DNA of 58,886 nucleotides, the filler included, from Catajapyx aquilonaris (lineage: Eukaryota), in assembly GCA_000934665.2 (NCBI GenBank). It is 3 parts of 3 records of this genome, joined end to end, with 100 filler letters (N's around TTAATTAATTAA, not from the genome) between each part and the next. Parts side by side here need not be neighbours in the genome. Positions count along the whole stretch, not along the records: positions 19,651 to 39,187 come from JYFJ02006437.1; positions 39,288 to 58,886 come from JYFJ02006438.1; 1 more part is not named here. One strand, given 5' to 3'. This document shows positions 38,491 to 51,810 of this stretch, piece by piece. The position numbers and the translations under genes are program-made. The first letter of the stretch is position 1; each line of letters opens with the position of its first letter. Below the pieces are notes generated by a model that was not told the DNA's origin, did not search any database, and was given only the letters and a program-made list of their open reading frames with translations.

Positions 38491-39187
38491 TGAGAAAATA
38501 AATCCCTTAGTCAAAATCAACATACAGGCATTACAATCAGAGTTAATCATAAGGATCATTTATTGGAGTAAGCCAAAGAACTATGGCACTTGGAATATAT
38601 TACAGAGCTGACCGGTAGCCCTGCACGTGCACTTTTTTGAAACACATTTGGTTTTGCAGTTGCATTTCTTATACCCCTGTGACCCTGACACACTGTTGTA
38701 AGTTGCCACCTCCCTCAGAGAAATCAGTTTGCTATCCGCCTTTGCAGTAACAACAGCTAAGTCTAATAATCTTTCTTTGCACGGGTGTATTTCTGCATGC
38801 GTGTACAGTACTTGTGCTTGAATTGGCCATGTTCAGAGCACAGTGTGTACAGGTCATCTTCATTCTACATTCTTCATCACTGCTAGGATGTTGTTGGGGG
38901 ACCCACGAGCCCTGTCGATGTCAGGAATTGGTAGAATCAACACACTTCCCAGGGAACAGTGGGCATTATATAAAATGTCCAGCCCATTTGTGAAATGCTT
39001 TCCCATTATACACACTGCCCAAAATTGGGGATTCTATACAGTGCCCCGGTCATTTTACAAAATGCCCGGGTTGGACACATTGACCGTAACATATACAGGG
39101 TGATCCAACTCTATGGCACCAGTAGTTATTGAAAAAATCGCGCAAGCTGCTTGTTTATAAGCAAGTCGTTGCTAAGAGATGCTTTCT

Positions 39188-39287
39188 NNNNNNNNNNNNN
39201 NNNNNNNNNNNNNNNNNNNNNNNNNNNNNNNTTAATTAATTAANNNNNNNNNNNNNNNNNNNNNNNNNNNNNNNNNNNNNNNNNNNN
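39188..39287. other. Scaffold gap with TTAATTAATTAA spacer
   Basis: Same structure as 19551-19650. Confidence 0.95.
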
Positions 39288-42200
39288 GACGTAAGAAGCC
39301 ATTTTCCTCAGTTTTCCTCGGCCGAAAATTGCTGATTACTCCGGAAATTACGTTCGCACACCGTATGTCTGGGAGGCTAGTTCTAGCGGTGTGCCCGTGA
39401 GACAAACGACGCAATAATGTCCGGTGACTATACTACCCGCGAGTGTGAATAACGCCTGCGGGTATACAAGATGCTTCTGTGTACTTGTGCAGGGTGCTGC
39501 TGCCGATGCAGACGATGTATGACTCACTCCAACGACACAAGGTTCCGTAAGTAAGCTTACATACAATACTACCCATAAGCATAAATTATGCCTGCGGGTA
39601 AACAAGGACGTATGGTATCTTGTATTAGGATACCTTGCATCTGGGTGACCAACTGCCGCTGCAGATGATCCAAACTGTGCCGCTGCAAATGACACCTCTC
39701 GCAGCTATGTGGCGGCGTGCCCGGGAGACAAGCGACACAATATTCGGCGAAGTACTACCCACGATTGTGAATAAGACCCACAAACTAAGATTATCTGCAT
39801 GACCTTCTATCATAAGTTATAGTCACATCCTTTCTTGGCTGCTTAGCTGGATCAGTAACTATCACATACACATATAAGCTACAATATTATATTGTATAAT
39901 AAATCTTCAGGAGAAAATTAAGCAACCAGTACCAACAGCAACTGCCAACAAAACGCTCATTTCAGTGTTGTAGGAAAACCATCACACATGTAGTAATAAA
40001 TTATTCGCGTTGATTTACAAATAATGATTAATAGAAGAAAAAGTAAAAACCCACTCCTTCACACAGTAGAAACACAATACATAGGCTTCGCAAATACACA
40101 TTGCAAACACTATGGAGCATAAATCACCGAGAATTCACCTATAATCGTAGTATGACACATACAAAAAGGGCACAGAGATATGTTAAAGGCACATGCGCAG
40201 TGATGATGATACAGCAAGTTGCGCGACATTAGCCGATAATTGGCGGATCTAAACTGCATTGACTGCACAAACGACGCTCACGTTTACGGGTAAAGTGAAC
40301 TTTACAAGAAAACTTTTCAGTCTCACAGTCAGCCTGGAACCATGGAGCAGGCAGATACTTGATATCCCAAGCTCCTGCATCAAATCCTTAGGGTTACTTG
40401 TCCACTCGTCGAGTCTCCCATTCTATTGCAGCTAAGGAGTCATTTATGTTCTTATTAGCTACATTATGTTGGAGAAAAGCAAAGGCGAGCATCACAGATC
40501 GGTGCTGGACACCAATTGTCTCAGTCTTTTGAACAAAGACAGGCCAAGACGTGGCCATTGAATGCCCATGACGACTAAAAGAGAGGCACTACCAAGCTCA
40601 CGTGGTGTGCCCATGAAACAGACGAACGGTTAGTGAGAACATACATCCCCCGCGGCCACTGGGAATAAGCCGTCATTCGGTCATACCAAGACCGTTTGAG
40701 TTGACAACATATCAGTGCCAACCATGAGTTCCCTACATGTATACCAAGTGGAAACAACTCACTCCGACGGCACAATGCTCGGTAAGAACTGTACCTACTA
40801 GCTACGAGAATAAAATAACGATCCCTGTGGGCATAAAAGGACACAAGGTAATATACCTCGTCAGCATAAATAGCAAGCCACAGAAAATTTTCTAAAGTCA
40901 GACGCTGTTAACAATTTTATGTGCTATAAATTCACCATAGAATAAACAGTGCAATTTATTATCCTATTTATTTATCAATTATTTATTATCCAAACAGACA
41001 GCCCCCCCCCCCTTCTGGGCCACCCATTTATTGTGTAAAAACTCTACACATTGATCCATCGAGTCAGGTGTTTCCTGCAAAAAGTCCTTATTTTGCACTG
41101 AAGCCAGAATCATACCATATTAAAACCATAATCCTGCTGCATCTGACATGATGAGTCTCTCATAAATGAATAATGCTGCGCCGTAGAAATCACTGATATG
41201 GAGCTCACCCTTCAAAGCATTTCATTGCCAAACGTGGCGACTATTAAATGTGACCATAAAAGTGATGACAGAAACCAAAATGCCACAATCGTTGAATGTG
41301 ATAAGATAAGGTGTGATTTTTTCGTCGTGTTTAAGGTTTGATTTATACCTATAATTCGAGAAAATTCTGAGGTTGATTCCACTTATTACAAGTGATACAA
41401 ATTACAGCACAACTATTTTGACAGGCTGAGATCCTCGCCCTTCACCTTAGTAACTAATAGTCCATAGCATTCCACTTCACAGTGAGGGTTCCTCACTCGC
41501 AGGTTTGCTTCTGCGTCAAGAACAAAAAAACAACTGCTGCAAAGAGGTCTGCGCACTTGTTCTCGCACAGACAATCGACGGAGTAATCAAAACCATTTAT
41601 TCAGAAAGGTATGACGCTACCAATGATGTACATTGCAATGAAACTGAGCTGATTATAAGACGTATTATTCGGCAACGGTTTATAAGCTGATGATACTATA
41701 CTTTATGACTCCAACGACCTCCAGGCACCAACTTGGAAAAAAAAACCACTCATATTAACAAAGCCATCATTTCAGTACTGTTAATGGAAAACCATCATAA
41801 ACGTAGTAATTCTTCACTCTCACTGTCAGTTCAATATTGAGAAATTGAAAAAAGACGAAGCATCCCACTACTTCCTTACAGGAACAAAACAACAGGCAGG
41901 CTTCACTATGCACATTGCAAAATCTATTATGCAAAAATCACTGACAATTTACAAATAATCTCACTTTAGGTCCTAGAGTAAGGGCAGAGAAGTGATTGTT
42001 TTTTCTGTGTTAGGATCAAGTTGTGCGACATAGGCTGATTGGCGAATGGAAACTGCATCGACTGCACAAACGTGAAACCCGTTATACCTTGGGGAGGGGG
42101 GACTGAAAACCTGGAGCAGGAAAAAATCTGACTGACACCACATCCAAAGACTCATCTGACCACTCGTTGAGCCTACCAGCTAGGTAAAATGAACAGGATA

Positions 42201-45200
42201 TAGCAAAAACGTATGTGTAATAAAGATTAGTTTCATAATATTTCTAGTAATATCTGCCATATTTGCATGAATAACCTTGCATTACTTATCCTACGACATG
42301 AGAAACATTATTCAAGATATACATTCCTCATTCTTGCCACTCCTTATTGGTCACATTAGTGTTTTATTTACGCTGACACTTAAAATTACGCTAACTGACA
42401 ATATCTCAGGGGGGAAAAAAAGGCGAACCACACCTGAAACTATGGCGAAAACTTTGACGGGGCTACCGAAAATGGACATTATTTCTTTCTGAAGAATTAT
42501 ATCCCTGCACTGACCTTGGACTAACTGACGCAACAGCCGTTAGCAACAATCCATATGAGAAATCCATACACAACTCATATATCCCATTAACAAAAGAGGC
42601 AAATGATTACTTTTAGCCATCTGAAAATGCTACATCACAGGAAATAGTCAGTGCCACATTTGATTTCTCCCCATTCACCTTGCAATTTGACTCACATGTA
42701 GGCTACAGAAGACGAGGCATGTCACAATCAAAGCAATCACTCAATTCAAATCGTGTTACGATACTTATGAAAGACATTGTCTGACAGTGAGTAAAAAATT
42801 GTAACCACACACTAACAGTGTGTTTAGAATCAACTGTTGTGTTGCATGCCTGCTAATAGGTATCATGCTACTCAAATCAGCCACTTTTCGTAGTTTTATT
42901 CTACGGTCGTATGATAATTAGCGAAAGGCTATCCATCCCGCAGACCGAAGCCAACATCCGTCACATCGGGGCAAGAGGTGATGTGAGTGAAATATCTACG
43001 AAAGATCTCCTCGTAGATGAAAGAGGAAAGACGCGCAAAGGCGCATGGTGTGATGTTTAGTGTTCAGTAGGTTAGAAACCAGGAAACCTCATGTGAACTG
43101 TTGTCCAAAATCGAGAGTGGAGTTTTCTGGTTGTTGTCAATGCACAACATAGATAATAACTGTCGTAATGAATAGAACCAAAGCAGCTACATAGATGGAA
43201 CATATGGGACTAAAAAATTTTGGTACTGATTACAAAAGGTATTTATTAAAGACGCCCACGTACTAGAGAAGAAGATGAGCTTACAAAAATAACAAAATGT
43301 GCTTGGAGATCAATGATTCTATAGCTATTATACGCTCCAAGTGTCCTGTCGTATAAGGAGAACAAAGAACACAACACAGTGGGCAAATATGAAACTGTAA
43401 GATTACATCTCTCCATGATGGCATTGGTTTATATGGACGTGCTGTATGTTACATAGAGAGTGTAAAGGATAAAAACAGCAACTTTTCTCAATGACACACA
43501 CTAACGGAGGTTTAAGGACTGTCCCAGCCAATGCGGACCAGCAGCCCCTTATTACCGGTGTATTTACAAAATGACAATGCAATAATAATTAAATCCGATC
43601 TGTTGCAACTTCGTCCCCTTCTTCCACGGCACTTCAATTGAACATTTAAAAAAAAAAAACCCTCGAGATCTCCGTCCATTCACCGCCTCCTCCTCAGCTG
43701 CTCAGGCGTTTTCTAAAGCAAAACTTGTTGAAGGGGACCCAAGCCAATGGAGGTAGACATAGGAGTGTCTGGAGAATGGACACCCTTTCGGCCGAGCCTC
43801 CATCATGATTAATAAGCCGAACTACCAATTACTATAATATCCAGAGGAATAAAGGGGATCAATGAAAGGAGTGCTATTACGAAGGCTGAGATCATGGGGT
43901 GCATTCTGGTCAACTGCCTGTAGGTGCCTAGAGAAAGCCACTAAGGGACTGTCAATGTCACTATTTCGAAATGTTCAGAACAACCACTTGAGACAAGCAG
44001 CAACGGTAGCTTATAACTTCTCCAAAAAATGACACGTTGTTAACACTTTAATGCGCTGCTAATACGCTCATTATAATTTTCGGAAATCCCCATCAAATAT
44101 TACACATTCAAAGATGATTTCATTACATGGACAATATATTGGAGATGATTGTATCTGACAGTGAGTTATAAAGACGGACCCTTATGACTTTTACAATCCT
44201 TTGTTTAATCATCGTATCTTGAACCTTTAATAATGGCCAAAAAATGTGAAACATTAATTAAGCAAATAAATTCCACCTAAATTCACATAAAATACATACA
44301 CCGTGACACATGTATAGAAAGAAAAGAACTGATGACAAAAATAGACCACCACAATATTGCTAACTCTTTAATGGGTCAATTATTATTAAGTCAGATATGG
44401 AAGGATATGAAATGGAGGACAAATTCCACCAACTTGCATTTCTTGCCTATGCTGCTGGCGTACTGTTGCTAACAACACGCAACTTATATCTTATTTCCTT
44501 TCTAATAAATGTAATACTAATGTTACTTGATGTTGACTATTAACTGGACCAGAATCCCATCAGTATGAGATTTTGTCATGAGCTCGGAATGCACCACAAT
44601 TTTTGTATTTTTACCAACACAATGATCTTGTTTGCTATGAAATCTACTATTACTCCTATTATACTCATTCATAACGCATACATTATTATATGACGTTAAT
44701 CAGATATAAATTGTCAAAAATACTTATGAACATATTGCCCAAGGTTCTGAGTGACTGATAGATGGGATTGTGGTCTTGCATATATATACATCAGCATCAG
44801 GCATGATAACCTGTTGCTTTTCAACCTTCTCACTGACCCCCGATCGTTGGGTCGTACTGCCCAGGACTGCCAGTGTTGCAGAAGAGGTTTTGACCTTTGC
44901 GGACAACATAACCATCATCCCGGACATAACCAATTCCAGACACCAACTGCCTACGTCATTTTAACAAATACAGGCATTTCCTTATTTTCTAATTCCCAGA
45001 TGAGATATCCTTTTTTCGGTAACTGTTGCTTAGCCTGAATACTTCAAATTAATCATGAAGTCAATTCAAAACTCCAAAATTTACTGAAATGCTAAACCAG
45101 AACACGTGCATCAAAACATAAATCATCTGCATGTGTAAAAAAATACCTCCCTGCCATACATAATTTTCTTATAACAGTATTGACATGTTCAGTCCGTAGT

Positions 45201-46884
45201 ATGATGGGCCAAAAAGCAAAGTGCCCAAAAACGAAGGCGGTGAACTCCCAGGAGAAGGACGCAAAAATCGGATATATACCAGGTGGCCCAATATGACCAT
45301 TGTTTTTTTCGAAAGTTCATTATTTTAACTGTTCTTCACCTTGTACTGAGCCATTGGACAGCTGCAACCATCTACAATATTTATCCAAGTGACACCTCTT
45401 TAAAAAGTAGATTAAGTGGTGATGGGGATGCTAAGAATCACACCCCCTTTCCGTTCCACCTTATAAATTCAAGCACTCCAAAGAATGACTGATTGTTGAC
45501 TTCTTAAACATGAAATATACTCCGACTGCATTGCAATTATATACCAAGTTATGAGTGTTTTATACACCGATACGCCCAAATAAGGTCCCAGGAATCTCCA
45601 TAAGTATTACCCATTCAAAAATGAAATCACTCCATCTCAGGTACACTTGGAGACAAATATTGTATCAGAGTAAGAGACACACAACATTGTTAATCTTACA
45701 ATCCTTTTTGAAATCCAAGTTCCCCCTGAGGCATCAGGTGGTACTGTACCTCTAATGAAAATTCCAATAATATTTCAAACATACATATTCAAAGATTGAA
45801 GGGGAATAAATCTTGTGACACAAAAATGTTACAACACAATGCAACACTGCCACTTGCTTGAACAGCATGGTCATGTGATCCTGTTACTAGAAGGACATGC
45901 CTCATATTCAATGATTATTTGGTCCTCTAGAAGTAGCTTGGTACCAGTGACGATTGCTTTCTGGAGGAGAGTGAAGGCAGAATACACTAGCGCACATCAC
46001 TGACATCTTCCTTCCTTCCCGAGTTGTGTGTGTTGTGCTGATAGATTTGAACCCACATGGCTGGAACAATCCAAACTAAAATACTGTTTGAAAATCCCGG
46101 ATTACAACATCATTAGTTTACGATAAACACTCCCTAATTAGGTAATATTAGTCTGATTATAATTTACCCTCCACAATTAGCCAACCATAAACTGATTGCT
46201 ACAGAAGTTCAAGAATTCCAAATCATGCCCATACATCATCGATATATCCTGGTTGTTGTTTTTTTAAGAGGCGAAGAGCAATAAATATATCGAATCCCAA
46301 CTCTTGGCTGCTGATTACAGTTTTACCAAAGAAGATGCCGACACAGCTGAGCACTTTGCATTCGAACGCTGATTACAGCATTCGTCAGTATATCACCAGA
46401 GACGAAGCCCCTCATTTCCTCTCACTGACAATGTGTTGAACATCTCCGTTTTCTCTTGGTCTAAGACCAATCAAGTAGTCTCTCATCTAATCAAATATAC
46501 CTTTACGAATAAGTGTACGAGGAGCATTTGTGAACTTGCCTGATAATTTCATCATGAAACTTACCATCACAGTCCGATCATCCCAATAAAAATCAAGGTT
46601 CATCTGATCATCTCCAGCATAACCCTGCAACTATAATTATGGACAAATCCATATGGTTACCTACAACTGACCGACAAGACTGACTGAAAGCAGCGTGGCC
46701 AGAGAATTATGCCATCTAATGAAGAGGATGAGGAATAATTTTGTACATAAATCCTCACCAGTACAATGTTTAGGTAGCAGGGAAATGAAAGCATTTCCAA
46801 CATCAAGAATGACAAAAATCAATGACCAATAGCGCACATGACCTACTTTTATCACCTTTCACTGCAGCAATAACAATGATAGCT

Positions 46885-47117
46885 ATGGCGGAAGGAGGGA
46901 TAGAGGACATGGTGGCTAAGGTGAATCAGCTGGAAGGGCATGTGCGGGATTTAACCCTTGCATTACACGCCCGAGCGCAGGAACCTGAGAGAAGGGGCTC
47001 TGATCTGTTGAAGGCGTTAAAATTTATGGGGTATCTCTTTTTCTGATGCGCCCTCGGAAAGTGTTGATTAGTTTATGGAAGCTGTGCTTGAATTCAAGGA
47101 GGTGGCCCATTATAGCA
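46885..47117 (+). pseudogene. Decayed Ty3/gypsy Gag (Arc-like capsid N-lobe) fragment
   Basis: Coiled-coil MVAKVNQLEGHVRDLTLAL, then after a frameshift FSDAPSESVD*FMEAVLEFKEVAHYS, resembling the Gag F-x-G...V-x-x-F...F/Y-K motif. Confidence 0.5.
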
Positions 47118-50100
47118 CACAGCTTGGGATACGGAACGAAGCTGAGACGTCAGAACCGGAATCATATGTCATTATCAGCCAGGTGAGAGCCGCACGTACA
47201 GGAGGACAGGTCTGGACGAATGGGGCCAGTTGCTAATAGTGACCTTACTCAAGCGAGAATTACGTAATAATTGGGATTCCAGATCAAAATATTTCAATAA
47301 CCAGTTCAATCAATCACTGTCTTGTATCATAATAGGTACCTATATTTTGCTTTGACCAAATATTTTCCCAGATATGAACAACCAACTGTGATGTGGTGTT
47401 CCTCATTATAATTATTGTAATCATATAATTAATCTGACTGCATCAGTTTAAACGTTACACTAGTTGGATACCAACTATTGCTACAATTTTACTCCCAAAC
47501 TAGAAAACATAAGTAACACATAGCCTACTTAAATTTTCATTTACCAATATCTTCAATTAGTAATTTGTGGAATGGCTGTTCATGATGCATACATTTACTG
47601 TATAAGTACAAAAGCAGGTCAGCGCCTATCAATTCTTGGTGGTTGAGTGGCACACACTGATTGGCTGATCCAAACCACAACGACAACGACGATGACAAAC
47701 TACGCTTGTGTAAACCCATCGGTTTGCATATATTGACAGACTGGCAGAATATGAACTCATGACATGTGATCTAAGACAAGACTATTACGAGGGAAGATGC
47801 CTGAAGCAGTTTGTTGGATGGGTGTTGAGAGTACCTCCATGGGATGTAGCCGTTCTCTGCAGCACCACTGCACTGCAGTGAACTAGATGGAAGGGAAAGA
47901 CAGGCCTAGGTGTCACAAGAACTAAAAACATCATGCATCTCACATACTGGACACATGCCTCATTCTGGGCTTCAAAGAGTACCCCAGGTGTCCCTTTTAT
48001 GAGGCCTTGCCATCCATACGATCCAAACCCTCTAAATGTCAGACCGTACATGCCATCAGCAGGACAACCACAGAGCCAATCCACATTCTGTAACTTGTGT
48101 AATTACATCTTACAATTGGATAATTCCACTTGGATATTACAATGATAAGGTCGGCAACCCAGCTCAAATAAATGTGACATCTTGCTAGCAACTGTTGTGA
48201 CATCTTGTCTACTGACAATAAGCAAAATGCCTGCATGTGGGGCAGCAAGGCAGACTGCTTTGGCAGCAAGAAGGAAATGAGTTCAGCTGGCTACGCAGGG
48301 GCACAAGTGTGAATTTGAACTAACATTTAGTCAAGAGAAGGCTACTCATAAAGTCCATCAAAAATAATGTTGTTTCATATCACAACCTCTGAAGATGAAT
48401 TTCAAATTCGTCTCACACCAAAATGATGACAAACACAGCCATAAACCATGTACCAGTATATTTAATAACTTCATATTTTCAGACTCGCATCGTAATACAT
48501 ACAACGGAACAAGGTACTAGTTAATTTCTGAAATGAAAGTTTGCTCCGTCATATGAAAACCCCCATAAAATATCAAGAGCTGCAAATCACTTATGGTTTA
48601 ATACAATTGTATGTAAAGTAATAGGTAAAAATATTCAAGGTAATACACAATACTTTCTGAAATGTTAAAAATAGTAGGCCTACTTGAAATTATTCCAAAG
48701 ATACACAACTTCTATCTACCACATATCACTAATATATGGAGAATGATGAAACGAGCCCAACTTTGGTTCTATTATGAATTAATTTTTTTGATTAGGATTA
48801 GTTTACTAGAAGGTAGATCTACTGAACTACAACATATCTGCCGTTATCACTCTGGGCCAACACCTTTCGCTCATAATAAAATTATAAATAAATATTGTAC
48901 GCAACCAGATTGTCATCTTACCGGAAGCCTAAATTTAACAGGACATATGCACCCCTTCAGAAAATACCAGCTTGTTTCATCAACTTACTGATTATGCGGC
49001 CTAATTTCTCATATAATTAATCCGACTGAATCTGTTTAAAAGTTACACCAGCTTGCTATTGCTACAATTTTTCTAACCAGGCTGCAAAATGGAACAAGCC
49101 CATACCCAAATTTTCATTTACTTCAATTAATAATAAGTTTATGGAATAATATTATCTACTAATGCTTATATTATTCATAAGTACAGAAGCAGGTCTTATC
49201 GATACATTGTGTTTGGCGTGGCAAGCTCTGATTGGCTGATCCTAACCGCAACGACGGAACGACAACAACAGAGCCGAACGACAACGACAAACGACCCTCA
49301 AGTGAACTCATCCTTTTTACCTGCACCTTCGAACCGGGTGTCTGGCCCACACCCAGGCTTCCCCAGACCCGACTCGACTTCCCTGGTCTCCCCTGACTCT
49401 TCACCGAACCTTCCAGCAGGGGCAGTGCACTGGGGCGGACCCAGGGGCGGCCCCTGAGTCGGACCCGAGGCGAAGTGCCACCTCCACGAAATGAAGGGGA
49501 GGAAAAGAAGAAAAAAAAGGAACGCAGACTGATAACAGTTTATTTGTGTAACTAATATAACTAATACATACACAATGCGATGGTCAAACAGGGTGCCAAA
49601 CTGTCCGAACTAATTGGAACATGCGGTAATAATTGCCTGGAGTGTAAATGGCGATTAAATCTGACCAGTTTGCAGCATTTGGTACATTTATGATGTCGAA
49701 ATGTTGGTCAGTAACTTGTAGTAAGCTAATGTCCGTAACTAATATTAATTGCTACTGGCTACATCCGGGGCTTTTTTGTGACGTCATGGTTGCGTTCAGT
49801 CATTTACAGCACGGATGCACACTTGCATTTAGGCAAGTTTTTAAACTTCATTTTGGTGTTAATACGACACGTTATGTGAAAAAATACTATAATATTAAAT
49901 AATTAAGCACATGAATAACATTAGTTTGGCAAACACTTACATTAATAAGCGAGCTTGGGGCCACTATTATGTTTATGAACGCACCCCAAATATGGTGACG
50001 ATCCAATGACGTCACCAATGTTGCCGGATTTACAATCACAATTGTCTGATTTACGTGGCAAATTAATTTTTGCAATTACACCATTGCAACAAAGTTATTA

Positions 50101-50619
50101 ATAAACCGGGCAACAAATTCGTTATAATATGCAAGCGGATTCTACTAACCGATGGCGAGAGATTTTGCAAAATTAATTTGCAAAAATATTGTGAGTCACT
50201 TTTTTTAGTTTAGGAGACGATGTTTTTACATAATAAAGTGCGCAAAACTTGTAGAGCAATCAAAAAGGCACTCAACTTATGTCTGTTTGTTTAATAATAT
50301 TGTCACAACATACGCATATTTGCAGCGACGAAATTATTTGTGAAGGCAACGACAATAAAATAACGCGTGTTGCGCGTGTTATACGTAGTACGGTAATCAA
50401 AACTATATGGACATGTGTTGCCCTTACAATCACTGATTTTGACTTATCCTACTCGGAAATAGTCTATCCTTCGGTCTACATAAGACGAAGTTTATTTCAT
50501 CTAAATATTTCTGTGAAACTATTTCTGCCAGTCACAATAAGGAACCAGTCATATTTTTATTAGTATGACAAAATATGGCTCAAAAATTGCAAAAAATGGC
50601 AGCGTTGGCATATGACGTC

Positions 50620-51810
50620 TACTGCTGGACAGAGGTGCCTCAGTGAACACCCGAACCATCCCGTCACAGGTCATTCTCAGGGCAACACCGTTAAGATTGG
50701 CGACTTTGCTTTATTTCAGCACCTCCTCTTACTACATGCCAAGTGATTTTCACGGCAGACAGCATGAATCGCATTTTATGAAGAGAATATGGCCACAAAT
50801 CGGACGTATTCTCTATATGGGCCTCATCCTGTATATGGTCAGTTTCCTACTATAGCTGGGAATGGACTGCATGAGCTTTCATGCAGTGGACTGAGTGGAC
50901 TCCACTGGGCTGCCAAACATGGGAAGAACAAGTGAATTAACATGTTTTGAAGCCATCCCTCAGCATATTACATTTTCCATCATATATCTCCAGCAGTGTG
51001 CGGCATATACACACAGAGATTGTTCCACAGCGACTTGAAGCCCCACAACATACTGTTTTTCATAGAGGGCAAAAACAAGGTCAAAATAGGCGACTTTGGA
51101 CTTAGTACATCACTGATGCTTAAATGGTCCAAAAGATAAAGTTTCATATATGAAACTTTCAGAGCAGACGGCAGGAATCGGAACCCAGCTTTTAAGAAAC
51201 GACTATGGTCCCACAACCGACATATACACGATAGGTCTGAGCTTCTATGAGATGCTGTATCCATTCGGGACAAACAAGGATAGCAGGACACCGCTTCACC
51301 TGGCTGCATATCATGGCCACGAGTCCACTGTTCTCCTCCTTCTGGAATGAGGGGCAAACCTGACAAAGACTTGCTCGGGATTCAAACCCAGCCCATTTTT
51401 CCTTATGGGAATTCATTACTCGCAAAACATGCTTGCATGTTGATGTAAAATTGGCTGATAATTAGAAACACCTATCTCAGCATATATGTGTATGTAACAC
51501 TTTCATAAAATACAATATCATGCAATTGCTCACCTTCTTTTTACTTGGAGGTACGTAAGTTGTGACCTTGTACTGGTTGTGGCTAGATAACCACAAAAAT
51601 AAGTAAACATCCAGCATATATACCATCTTGCTATCACCTAAAATCCACACATTAATATATAGCTCTGTCGAAAAAAAGCGAACAAGCAAGAATTCCTCTC
51701 AAGTTTTTTTAAAGTTGTGTCACCCCAAGAAACCTCAACGCCTCCTGTTTCCTTCCGCTGAGAGTGGAGTAGTAAAGGTTGGAGACTTTGGATTGGGCAA
51801 GGAGAATTTA
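50620..51810 (+). pseudogene. Decayed protein-kinase C-lobe and ankyrin-repeat fragments, three tandem units
   Basis: Unit 1: LLDRGASVN, VKIGDFAL, YGHKSDVFS, LHWAAKHG. Unit 2: HSDLKPHNILF, VKIGDFGLS, TAGIGT, DIYTIGLSFYEMLYPF, RTPLHLAAYHGHESTVLLLLE*GAN. Unit 3: VVKVGDFGLG. Stops and frameshifts occur throughout. Confidence 0.8.

Larger units (their letters stand above)
37253..39091. mobile_element. Long-TIR non-autonomous DNA element containing later insertions
   Basis: TGTTACAGTCAGTGTGTCCAACTCGGGC... and ...GCCCGGGTTGGACACATTGACCGTAACA are imperfect inverted arms of ~90-130 bp with TA flanks. Confidence 0.6.
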
